NCBI GenBank assembly: GCA_041389495.1
Contig: JAWKRT010000002.1
Coordinates: 960,405 to 1,024,404, forward strand
DNA length: 64,000 nt
Source: Myxococcota bacterium
GTDB lineage: Bacteria > Myxococcota_A > UBA9160 > UBA4427
Direction: 5' to 3'
The number at the start of each line of letters is the position of its first letter. The first letter of the stretch is position 1. Shown here in pieces: positions 56,494-64,000 of the stretch. Made by a program: the position numbers and the translations under genes. Below the pieces are notes generated by a model. The model was not told the origin of the DNA, did no database searches, and was given only the letters and a program-made list of their open reading frames with translations.

Positions 56494-57273
56494 CTACGCG
56501 ATGTGGATGCCGCCGTTCGGCGAGAGCGCCTGGCCGGTGACGAAGCCGCTCTCGTCGCAGGCCAGGTAGAGCGCGCAGTTCGCGATGTCGTCGGCCGCGC
56601 CCTGCCGGCGGAGCGGCGTCGACGCGACCATCGGCGCGAGGAACGCCTCCGGGACGGCGCGCGTCATCGGGGTGTCGATGACGCCCGGGCAGATCGCGTT
56701 CACGCGGATGCCGGCCGGGCCGAGCTCGCGCGCGAGCGAGCGCGTCATGCCGAGCAGCGCCGCCTTCGCGGTCGCGTAGTGCACCATGCCCATGCCGGCG
56801 AGACCGGCGATGCTCGAGACGTTGAGGATCGAGCCCGCGCGCTGCTTCCACATCGAGCGCGCCGCCGCGCGCGCGAAGTAGAAGGCGCCGTGCACGTGGA
56901 TGGCGAGCATGCGCGCGAACGGCTCGTCGCCCATGTGCAGCAGCACGGGCTCGCGGTGCTCGATCGCCTGCGCGCGGCCGTCGTCGCCGAAGCCGTCGAC
57001 GCCGGCGTTGTTCATCAGCACGTCGACGCGCCCGTGCGCGTCGACGACCTCGTGGACGACGGCGTCGACGCGCGGGCGATCGGTGACGTCGCAGCGGAAC
57101 GCGAGGTGCCCGGCGCCGGGCAGCGCGCGCGCGGCGGCCTCCGCGCCGTCGCCGTCGAGGTCGGCGATCGCGACGCGCGCGCCCTCGCGCGCGAACACGC
57201 GCGCGGTCGCGAGCCCGATGCCCGACGCGGCTCCCGTGATGATCGCGACCTTGCCTTCGAGCCTGCCGGCCAT
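56494..57273 (-). CDS. short-chain dehydrogenase/reductase (SDR)
   Basis: ATG 57273 follows GGGAGAG. It has TGAASGIGLA, NNAG and the YATAKAA Y-x3-K. Confidence 0.9.
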   Translation of the reverse strand: MAGRLEGKVAIITGAASGIGLATARVFAREGARVAIADLDGDGAEAAARALPGAGHLAFRCDVTDRPRVDAVVHEVVDAHGRVDVLMNNAGVDGFGDDGRAQAIEHREPVLLHMGDEPFARMLAIHVHGAFYFARAAARSMWKQRAGSILNVSSIAGLAGMGMVHYATAKAALLGMTRSLARELGPAGIRVNAICPGVIDTPMTRAVPEAFLAPMVASTPLRRQGAADDIANCALYLACDESGFVTGQALSPNGGIHIA

Positions 57274-57370
57274 GCGCGCTCTCCCTCGTCGCGGTGGGAC
57301 GCACCGCGGGTCCGAGCGCGGGAGTATCACGCGGCGCGGTCGCGCGGCAACGGCCCCGCGCGGCGACGGC

Positions 57371-58147
57371 TCAGCGTCCGGCGGCCTCGGCGTGCTCGAG
57401 CCAGTCGTCGAGCGACGCGTCCTCCCAGTCTTCGGGGCCGTAGACCGTGCGCGGCAGCGGCGTCATGACGTGCGCGTCGCCGCCCGTCACGTAGCGCGCC
57501 TGCACGGCGTCCCACGCGGTGATGCGATCGTCCGCCTCGCCCTCGTCGCACAGCCCGCGCGTCGCGTCGCGGCACGCCAGGAAGCGGGTGCGCGAGGCGA
57601 TGTCCGTGGCCCAGATCATCACGACCTCGTGCTGGTTGCTCGTCACCTCGTAGAGCCCGGTCGGCCGGTGGCCGTAGTCCGCCATCAGGGGCACGCGTTC
57701 GGCGACGACCGCGGCCAGGAACTCGAGCGGCGTGCCGGGGCGGACGGTCAGGATCTCGTTCACGAAGAGCGTGCCGCGAATGCCCTGCGCGGCGATCTCC
57801 TCGGTCGTCGGGCTCCCGGGGACGCCGGCGCACAGGCGGTCGAAGCCGCCGCTCCGCCACTTCGCCGCCGCGTCCCACCAGTCGCCGTAGAAGGCCTTGC
57901 GCCGCTTCAGGTTCATGCGGTCGACGTTGCGCGCCCAGCCGTGCCAGCCCTTCGAGCCCACGTCCCAGACGTTGATCACCTGCGGCCAGCGCCCGCCGCC
58001 CGCGGCGCAGACGTAGAACGAGCCCTGCAGACCGAACATCTCGGGCATGCGCAGCACCGGGTCCTGCCACAGGTGCTCCATGTAGTCGTACTGGCCCTGT
58101 CCGACGACGTCGACGACTTCGTAGAGGTAGAGGGAGCGCGTGCGCAT
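57371..58147 (-). CDS. tandem NIPSNAP-like (dimeric alpha/beta-barrel) protein, function unknown
   Basis: 258-aa ORF made of two similar halves (SLYLYEVVDVV...INVWDV and TLFVNEILTVRPG...VMIWAT). The family assignment is from memory only. Confidence 0.55.
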   Translation of the reverse strand: MRTRSLYLYEVVDVVGQGQYDYMEHLWQDPVLRMPEMFGLQGSFYVCAAGGGRWPQVINVWDVGSKGWHGWARNVDRMNLKRRKAFYGDWWDAAAKWRSGGFDRLCAGVPGSPTTEEIAAQGIRGTLFVNEILTVRPGTPLEFLAAVVAERVPLMADYGHRPTGLYEVTSNQHEVVMIWATDIASRTRFLACRDATRGLCDEGEADDRITAWDAVQARYVTGGDAHVMTPLPRTVYGPEDWEDASLDDWLEHAEAAGR

Positions 58148-58253
58148 GCGCGCATCCTATCAGTGTCGCGCGCGCCGAGCGGAGCGAGCGCGCTTGCGCG
58201 GCGCGTGCACCGGATGGGAGGATGGCGCCCGCGCATGCGGTGCGGGAGGTGCG

Positions 58254-59084
58254 ATGGATCTCGGACTCGCCGGGCAGACGGTCGTCGTCACGGGAGCGAG
58301 CGGCGGCATCGGCCGCGGCCTCGTGCAGGCGTTCGCGGCCGAGGGCTGCAACGTCGTGCTCGCGAGCCGCGACGAGGCGAAGTGCGAGGAGGTCGCGGCG
58401 ACCTGCGCGTCGTCGCCCGGGCGCACGCTCGTCGTCCGCACCGACGTCACCGACCCCGCGTCGGTCGCCGCGCTCGTCGAGCGCGTGCATCGGGAGCTCG
58501 GCGACGTGCACGTGCTCGTCAACAACGCCGGCGGCGTCGCCTACCCGCGCGCGTGGGAGGAGAAGCCGCGCGACGAGATGGAGTGGGAGCTCGCGCTCAA
58601 CGTCTGGGGCGTCGTCCACTGCACGAACGCCGTCGGCGCCGAGATGCTCGCGCGCGGCCGCGGCGCGATCGTGAACGTCACGTCGAACTCGGCGCTCGAG
58701 CCCTCCGCGGGCCACATGGTCGCGAACTACGCCGGCACGAAGGGCTACGTGATGTCGATGTCGAAGGCGCTCGCCTACGAGTGGGGGCCGCGCGGCGTCC
58801 GCATCAACTGCATCTCGCCCGGCTGGATCGTGCCGTGGGAGGAGGATCACGTCGGCGCCGGGAGCTTCTGGCGGAAGTACGGCTACGAGTTCTTCGGCAC
58901 GCCGGAGCAGATGGCGGCCGCGGCGGCCGGCGAGGGCGACATGTTCAACGTCCAGGGCCAGCCGATCCGCCGCATCGGGCGGCCCGAGGACATCGCCGAC
59001 CTCGCGCTCTTCCTCGCCTCCGATCGCGCGAAGCACCTGACCGGCCAGCTCATCAGCGTGAGCGGCGGGGCGTACATGCCGTGA
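58254..59084 (+). CDS. short-chain dehydrogenase/reductase (SDR)
   Basis: ATG 58254 follows GGGAGG. It has TGASGGIGRG, NNAGG and the YAGTKGY Y-x3-K. Confidence 0.87.
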   Translation: MDLGLAGQTVVVTGASGGIGRGLVQAFAAEGCNVVLASRDEAKCEEVAATCASSPGRTLVVRTDVTDPASVAALVERVHRELGDVHVLVNNAGGVAYPRAWEEKPRDEMEWELALNVWGVVHCTNAVGAEMLARGRGAIVNVTSNSALEPSAGHMVANYAGTKGYVMSMSKALAYEWGPRGVRINCISPGWIVPWEEDHVGAGSFWRKYGYEFFGTPEQMAAAAAGEGDMFNVQGQPIRRIGRPEDIADLALFLASDRAKHLTGQLISVSGGAYMP

Positions 59085-60385
59085 GCGCGACCGCGCACGG
59101 GAGCGAGGGGAACGACGGGAGCCGCGGGAAGTTCGACCTCTCGGGCTCGCACCCCGCATGGCTGCGGCGGGTCAACGCCGTCGGCCGCGCGCTCACGGGG
59201 AGCGGCGCGCACGGCGCGATGGCCGTCCCGCTCGACGTGGCGTCGCTGCTCGCCGAGGCGCGCGCGAACACGGGCCTCGACGACTTCGGCCCCGACGACG
59301 GCTGGCGCGAGGGGCTCGAGGTGCTCGCGCAGAGCCTCGACCGCGAAGCCAGGCTCACGCTCGTCGGGCGCCTGCTCGCGCGCGCCGATGTCGTCAACGC
59401 GCTCGAGACGCGTCTGCAGGTCGAGGACGCCTATCGTCGCGACCCCTCGATCGACGACGAGGAGGTCGCGGCGCCGCTCTTCATCGTCGGCCTCCCGCGC
59501 TCGGGGACGTCGATCCTGCACGAGCTGCTCGCGCAGGATCCGGCGCACCGCGTGCCGCTCTCGTGGGAGGCGCGCCACCCGTGCCCGCCGCCGGAGGAGG
59601 CCACCTACGACACCGACCCGCGCATCGAGCGCTGCGAGGCGTACGTCCAGTTCTGGAACGAGCTCGTGCCGGAGTACCGCACGATGCACGAGATGGGCGC
59701 GCGCATCCCGTGCGAGTGCATCTGGCTCACGATGCCGACCTTCGTGTGCGAGGAGTGGATCGGCCGCCAGCAGTGCCCGGGCTACGCCGCCTGGTACATG
59801 GGCGCCGACCTCCGGCCTGCCTACGCCTATCATCGCCGTCTGCTGAAGCTCCTCCAGCACCGCTTCCGGCGCGAGCGCTGGATGCTGAAGGCGCCGTCGC
59901 ACATGGCGGCGCTCGACGTGCTGCTCGCCGAGTACCCCGACGCGCGCATCCTGATGACGCACCGCGACCCGCTGAAGAGCATGGGGTCGACCGCGAGCAT
60001 CCTGTCGGCACTCGCGTGGATGCGCTCCGAAGACGCGGACATCGGCGCCATCCGCGCGGGCTTCGGCGGCGAGGGCATGGCCTACCGCCTCGACGTCGCG
60101 ATGCGCGCGCGCGAGGCCGCCGACCCGTCGCGCTTCTTCGACGTCCGCTACCAGGACATGCTGTCGGACCCGTTCGGCACGATCGCGCGTGCCTACGCGC
60201 ACTTCGGCATCCCGTACACGAAGGAGGCCGAGCGCCGGATGCGCGACTACCTCGCCGCGAAGCCGCAGGCGAAGCACGGCGCGCACGCGTACTCGTTCGA
60301 CGACCTCGGCCTCGACGTCGCCACCGAGCGCGCGCGCTTCGCGGCCTACCAGGAGCGCTTCGGCGTTCCGTCCGAGGTCGCCTAG
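59081..60385 (+). CDS. sulfotransferase family protein (PAPS-dependent, Sulfotransfer_3-like)
   Basis: GTG 59081 overlaps the upstream TGA. The 5'-PSB loop is GLPRSGTSILHELL. The 3'-PB-like segment is RILMTHRDPLKSMGS. Confidence 0.78.
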   Translation: MSATAHGSEGNDGSRGKFDLSGSHPAWLRRVNAVGRALTGSGAHGAMAVPLDVASLLAEARANTGLDDFGPDDGWREGLEVLAQSLDREARLTLVGRLLARADVVNALETRLQVEDAYRRDPSIDDEEVAAPLFIVGLPRSGTSILHELLAQDPAHRVPLSWEARHPCPPPEEATYDTDPRIERCEAYVQFWNELVPEYRTMHEMGARIPCECIWLTMPTFVCEEWIGRQQCPGYAAWYMGADLRPAYAYHRRLLKLLQHRFRRERWMLKAPSHMAALDVLLAEYPDARILMTHRDPLKSMGSTASILSALAWMRSEDADIGAIRAGFGGEGMAYRLDVAMRAREAADPSRFFDVRYQDMLSDPFGTIARAYAHFGIPYTKEAERRMRDYLAAKPQAKHGAHAYSFDDLGLDVATERARFAAYQERFGVPSEVA

Positions 60386-60387
60386 CC

Positions 60388-61710
60388 GTGGCGGGGGACG
60401 CGGGAGCCCCGGGCGACGAGGGCGGCCGGCGCGCGGGCGCCGCGCTCGGCGGCAAGGCGCTCTCGAAGCAGGTGATGGTCGACGGCGTGAAGCTGCGACC
60501 CGAGCGGCGCGGCGACGCCGAGGACGCGCGCCGGCTCGTCGCGGGCGACGCGTGGCGCGACCTGTGCCGCGCGCTCGAGCGCGCGGGCGACGCGCTGCTC
60601 GCGGCGGAGAATCCGGCCGACGAACGGACGCGCGCCGAGGGCTTCCGCTACCTGCTCGGCCTCGCGACGGTCGGCATCCGGCAGGGCTTCGAGCTCGCCG
60701 ACCGCGAGCACCCCGTCTTCGTCCGCATCGAGGACCCGTGGGCGAAGTGGGGCGCGGAGAACGCCGACAACCACTACCTGCACGCGCACGTGCGCAGCGA
60801 CCGCACCTACCGCATCCGCGGCGAGCGCGGGACGTGCCTCGACTTCCTGATCGAGGTCAAGGAGGGCTTCATGCACCTCGGCGACGTGCGCAACTTCGCG
60901 ACGCTCGCCGCGCACGACCTCCGCATCGAGCCCGACGGGAGCTTCGAGATCGTCGCGAGCCGCGAGCGCACGGGCGCGGCCGAGGGCTGCGCCAACTGGC
61001 TGCCGCTGCACCCCGACGCCGCGCAGATCACGATCCGCGAGTACCTCTACGACTGGTCGCGCGAGGAGCCCGCGCGCTTCACGATCGAGTGCATCGAGGC
61101 CGCCGGGTGCGCGCCCGCGCCGCCCGACGCCGCCGCCACGGCGCGCGTGCTCGACGACGTCGGCCACTTCGTCGAGACGACGACGCGTTTCTGGGCCGAG
61201 TGGGTGCCCGAGCTGCGCGACGCGCACGTGCCGGGCCGGCTCGCGCCCGCGCGCATGTTCGTCGGCGGCGCCGACGACATCCGCTACGGCAACGACCTCT
61301 ACCGGCTCGGCGAGGGCGAGGCGCTCGTGATCGAGACGGCCGTGCCGGACGCGCGCTACTGGCACTACCAGCTCTGCAACGAGTGGTTCGTCACGATGGA
61401 CTACGCGAACCGCCAGACGAGCCTCAACGGCGCGCAGCTGCGCATCGACGGCGATGGGCTCGTGCGCATCGTCGTCGCCCACGAAGACCCGGGCGTGCCG
61501 AACTGGCTCGACACCGGCGGCGCGCGCGAGGGGATGATCCAGTACCGCTACGTGTGGACGAAGGACGCGCCGCAGCCGCGCATCGCGACCGTTCCTCTCG
61601 GCGAGCTGCGCGCGCACCTGCCCGCGGACACGCCGCACGTCCCGCCCGCCGAGCGACGCACGCGCATCGCGGAGCGCCAGCGCGCGATCGCGCGGCGCAT
61701 GCGCGTCTAG
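60388..61710 (+). CDS. conserved hypothetical protein (DUF1214-like, assignment tentative)
   Basis: The sequence looks protein-like from ...MVDGVKLRPERRGDAEDARRLV onward, with EGFRYLLGLATVGIRQGFE and WGAENADNHYL. The start is GTG 60388 (GAGG RBS), GTG 60472 or ATG 60475. Confidence 0.6.
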   Translation: MAGDAGAPGDEGGRRAGAALGGKALSKQVMVDGVKLRPERRGDAEDARRLVAGDAWRDLCRALERAGDALLAAENPADERTRAEGFRYLLGLATVGIRQGFELADREHPVFVRIEDPWAKWGAENADNHYLHAHVRSDRTYRIRGERGTCLDFLIEVKEGFMHLGDVRNFATLAAHDLRIEPDGSFEIVASRERTGAAEGCANWLPLHPDAAQITIREYLYDWSREEPARFTIECIEAAGCAPAPPDAAATARVLDDVGHFVETTTRFWAEWVPELRDAHVPGRLAPARMFVGGADDIRYGNDLYRLGEGEALVIETAVPDARYWHYQLCNEWFVTMDYANRQTSLNGAQLRIDGDGLVRIVVAHEDPGVPNWLDTGGAREGMIQYRYVWTKDAPQPRIATVPLGELRAHLPADTPHVPPAERRTRIAERQRAIARRMRV

Positions 61711-61907
61711 CGAGCGAGGAGCTCCGGCGCGGGCGCGTGCAGCAGAGGGGCTTCGCAGGTGGCGACGCTCACGGAATCCGCAACGTCGCGCGCAGGGGAG
61801 TCGCCGCGGGCCTGCGTCGCGGCGACCGCCGCGAGCAGCGCGAGCCACAGGAGCGGCCCGACCCACACCCGCCCGATCCGTCCGAGCCCGCCGCGCGTCG
61901 TCGCCAT
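61707..61907 (-). CDS. small secreted/membrane protein (66 aa, hypothetical)
   Basis: ATG 61907 is preceded by GAGGAGG. It has a hydrophobic segment VWVGPLLWLALLAAVAATQA and high GC3, and it sits behind an ECF-type promoter. Its stop shares the CTAG with the convergent gene. Confidence 0.45.
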   Translation of the reverse strand: MATTRGGLGRIGRVWVGPLLWLALLAAVAATQARGDSPARDVADSVSVATCEAPLLHAPAPELLAR

Positions 61908-61974
61908 GCCCGCCTCCTCGCCCCGCCGTCGCGCCCCCGCGCGCCCGCGTCGTCGTCCTCGCATCCGGCGGTTC

Positions 61975-62001
61975 GACGGGCCGGCGGGCGAGAGGGTTTA
62001 G
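61975..62001 (-). promoter_or_regulatory. candidate ECF-type promoter (CTAAAC-N17-CGTC) driving the small minus-strand gene
   Basis: The minus strand reads ctaaac (62001-61996), then 17 nt, then cgtc (61978-61975). This matches the AAC-N16/17-CGTC consensus of ECF promoters. Confidence 0.45.
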
Positions 62002-62046
62002 TCGGGTCGATCGCCGCGCGCGGCGCGGCACCGCCCGCGCGGCCGG

Positions 62047-62073
62047 CTAAACCCTCCGTCGATCCCGCCCGTC
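62047..62073 (+). promoter_or_regulatory. candidate autoregulated ECF-type promoter (CTAAAC-N17-CGTC) upstream of the sigma gene
   Basis: ctaaac (62047-62052), then 17 nt, then cgtc (62070-62073). It lies about 45 nt upstream of TTG 62116. Its -35 element is the exact inverted copy of the one at 61996-62001. Confidence 0.5.
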
Positions 62074-62115
62074 CAAGCCGCAGCGAGGACGCGCAGTGAG
62101 GAGTGCCCGACCGCC

Positions 62116-62694
62116 TTGTCCACGGACGGCGAACGCGACGACGAAGGCGAGCTCGTGCGGCGCGCCGCGCGCGGCGACGTCGACGCCTACGAGGCGCTCT
62201 ACCGCGCGCACGCGGGGCGCGTGTTCGCGCTGTGTCTGCGCATGGCGCGCGATCGCGGCGAGGCGGAGGGGCTCGTGCAGGACGTCTTCGTGCGGGTCTG
62301 GGAGCGGCTCGGCTCGTTCCGCGGCGACGCGGCCTTCGCGACCTGGGTGCACCGCGTGGCGGTGAACGTCGCGATCGAGCACCTGCGCGCGCAGGGACGG
62401 CTGCGCGACCGCATCGACGCCGAGGCCGACGTCGAGGCCGTCTTCGACGACTCGTTCTTCGCGCGCGCCGGGAGCGACGTCGACCTCGAGCGCGCGATCG
62501 CGAAGCTGCCGCCGCGCGCGCGGCTCGTGTTCGTGCTGCACGACGTGGAAGGGCACGGGCACCGCGAGATCGCGTCGCGCATGGGCGTCGCGGTGGGAAC
62601 GTGCAAGGCGCACCTGCACCGCGCGCGAGGCCTCCTGCGCGCGGCGCTCGGGGGCGAGCCGGCGCCGGTCGCACCGGCGGAGGAGACGGGATGA
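62116..62694 (+). CDS. ECF-type RNA polymerase sigma-70 factor
   Basis: 192 aa with a TTG start. It carries EAEGLVQDVFVRVWERLGSF (region 2) and GHREIASRMGVAVGTCKAHLHRAR (region 4). Confidence 0.9.
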   Translation: MSTDGERDDEGELVRRAARGDVDAYEALYRAHAGRVFALCLRMARDRGEAEGLVQDVFVRVWERLGSFRGDAAFATWVHRVAVNVAIEHLRAQGRLRDRIDAEADVEAVFDDSFFARAGSDVDLERAIAKLPPRARLVFVLHDVEGHGHREIASRMGVAVGTCKAHLHRARGLLRAALGGEPAPVAPAEETG

Positions 62695-63385
62695 CGAGTC
62701 CGTGGAACCGGTGGTGGCACCGCCTGCGCGGCGACGCGGCGGACGCGGCGGACGGACGCGGCGGACGACGCGGCCGGCGCGGCGGACGACGCCCTCCGGG
62801 CGCGCGCGCGCGCCTGCCGCGCGCGCTCGAGCCCGAGCGCGATCTCTTCCCGGAGATCGCCGCGCGCCTCGAGGCGGCGCGGCGCGAAGCCGCGCGCGGC
62901 GACGGCGCGCGGGCCCGAAGCGCGCGCTTCGCGACGGCGCGCGCGGGGCGCCGCCCGCTCGCGCGACGCGCGCGGGCGGGCTCTCGCGCCCGCTCGTCGC
63001 CGCGGCCGCCGCGCTCGCGCTCGTCGTCGCGACCGCGGGCGTGACCGCCTGGGTGATGCGCCCGCCGTCGATGCCGAGCGCGCCCGACGAGATCGCCGCG
63101 CTCGCGGCGCGCGTGCGCGCGCGCGACGGCGTCGGCGACGTGCACGCGAGCCTCGTCGCCATCCTCGACGCGCGCCGCGATGCGCTTCCGCCCGACGTCG
63201 TCGCCGCGCTCGAGGAGAACCTGCGCAGCTTCGACCGCGCGGTGGCGGAGATCCACGTCGCGCTCGCGCGACACCCCGGCGAGGCGACGCTCGCCTTCCT
63301 GCTCGCGGAGACGTACCGGCGCGAGGCCGAGCTGCTCGAGCGCCTCGAGTGGTGGACGGGCGACGCCCGGGAGGAGAGGTCATGA
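62691..63385 (+). CDS. anti-sigma factor, apparently frameshifted (N-terminal part in the frame of ATG 62691, TM + C-terminal domain in the frame of ORF 62702..63385)
   Basis: ATG 62691 overlaps the sigma TGA and encodes ...LEPERDLFPEIAARLEAARRE with high GC3. The TM segment (LVAAAAALALVVATAGVTAWV) and the conserved C-domain (LEENLRSFDRAVAEIHVAL..LLAETYRRE) lie in another frame. Confidence 0.55.
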
Positions 63386-64000
63386 CGGCAGCGGTGCGGG
63401 TGCGCGTCGCGGCGGCGCTGCGCGTCGCGTGTGCGGTCGCGTGTGCGGTCGCGTGCGCGGCGGGCGCCGCGCGCGCGGACGACGACCGCGGCGAACGCCG
63501 CTTCGCGGCGCGGCCCGACGTGTCGGTCGACGTCAGCGCGATCTCGGGGAGCGTCGAGATCCGCGGCTGGGATCGCGACGAGGTGCGCGTGCGCGTGCGC
63601 GGCGCGGGCGCCGACGCGATCGAGATCGAGGCCGGCGGCGGCAGCGAGCCCGCCGACTGGGTGGCGGTGCGCGCGCCCGGGCGTCGGGGGCTGTGGCTCG
63701 GCGGCGGTGTCGACGTCGACGTGCGGCTCGACGTGCCGCGCGCGAGCGAGGTGCGCGCACGCATCGTGAACGGGCCGATCCGCGCGAAGGACGTCGCCGG
63801 CCGGCTCGCGCTGCACGCGGCGAACGGGCGGATCGAGGTCCGCGGCGAGCCGGCGGAGGCGACGCTCGAGACGATGAGCGCGGACATCGAGCTGCGCGGA
63901 CGGGGAACGCGCGTCGACGCGCGCTCGGTGAGCGGCGCGGTCGAGCTGCGCGGCGTCGCCGACGAGGTGGTGGTGTCGACCGTGAGCGGCTCGATCCGCG
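63382..64000 (+). CDS. DUF4097-like (putative adhesin beta-helix repeat) protein, 3' end outside window
   Basis: ATG 63382 overlaps the anti-sigma TGA. The signal peptide is MTAAVRVRVAAALRVACAVACAVACAAGAARA. The repeats are SGSVEIRGWDRDEVRV, NGPIRAKDV, NGRIEVRG, SADIELRG and SGAVELRG. Confidence 0.72.
   Translation, partial: MTAAVRVRVAAALRVACAVACAVACAAGAARADDDRGERRFAARPDVSVDVSAISGSVEIRGWDRDEVRVRVRGAGADAIEIEAGGGSEPADWVAVRAPGRRGLWLGGGVDVDVRLDVPRASEVRARIVNGPIRAKDVAGRLALHAANGRIEVRGEPAEATLETMSADIELRGRGTRVDARSVSGAVELRGVADEVVVSTVSGSIR

Noticed and set aside
56459-56500. Repeated gcgcctacgc motif (3 copies) downstream of the AMP-ligase gene start region.
   Set aside because: The motif is short and degenerate and overlaps the SDR stop codon. 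It has no inverted-repeat or phased structure that would suggest function.
62702-63385. Accepting the six-frame ORF 62702..63385 as an intact anti-sigma gene.
   Set aside because: Its first ~90 codons are Arg-rich with depressed GC3. The overlapping frame from ATG 62691 has better GC3, ATGA coupling and the family-typical PERDLFPEIAARL segment. I therefore report it as a probable frameshift.
1-64000. A search for defence systems, prophage or IS elements, integrases, toxin-antitoxin pairs, tRNA or rRNA genes and CRISPR arrays.
   Set aside because: No nuclease, helicase or ATPase defence-type proteins were seen in any frame. Nor were transposase or integrase motifs, tRNA-like cloverleaf sequences, or repeat-spacer arrays. 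The only mobile-element-like signal is the pair of MITE/REP-like repeats at 3.7-4.6 kb.

Overview
This is a 64 kb chromosomal segment from a very high-GC bacterium (roughly 70-75% GC by eye, with GC3 near saturation). I call about 56 protein-coding genes. I found no rRNA, tRNA, CRISPR array, transposase, integrase or phage gene. All functional calls come from motifs read in the supplied translations, since no database search was possible. Most long Arg/Ala/Pro-rich ORFs in the six-frame track are shadow ORFs caused by the scarcity of stop codons at this GC content. I chose real frames by amino-acid composition, GC3, ribosome-binding sites and 4-nt start/stop overlaps.

The window is dominated by CoA-thioester and lipid-type catabolism:
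- 6 acyl-CoA dehydrogenases, two of them in adjacent pairs
- 6 crotonase-family enzymes
- 3 CoA-transferase genes, including one fused family-I A/B enzyme and one tandem-duplicated family-III enzyme
- 2 AMP-forming ligases and 4 SDRs
- a thiolase next to an HMG-CoA-synthase-like::DUF35 fusion

Several accessory-looking modules are interspersed. These are the items most worth a second look:
- an envelope cluster at 8.6-14.3 kb: a TPR + beta-barrel outer-membrane protein, a small secreted Gly/Pro/Cys-rich protein, an ECF sigma/anti-sigma pair, an S8 subtilase and an orphan ECF sigma
- a tightly coupled operon at 29.4-33.7 kb: TIM-barrel enzyme, Gfo/Idh/MocA oxidoreductase, MtnK-family kinase and an atypical nucleoside hydrolase
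- a low-GC, Lys-rich orphan secreted protein at 35.4-36.6 kb, bounded by hairpins
- two inverted copies of a ~115-bp MITE/REP-like element that bracket a small cupin gene (3.7-4.6 kb)
- mirror-image ECF-type promoters (CTAAAC-N17-CGTC) between a small secreted-protein gene and a third ECF sigma operon (62 kb), whose anti-sigma gene appears frameshifted

I see no canonical defence or mobile system. The novelty claims are hypotheses that need HMM, structure and comparative-genomics checks.
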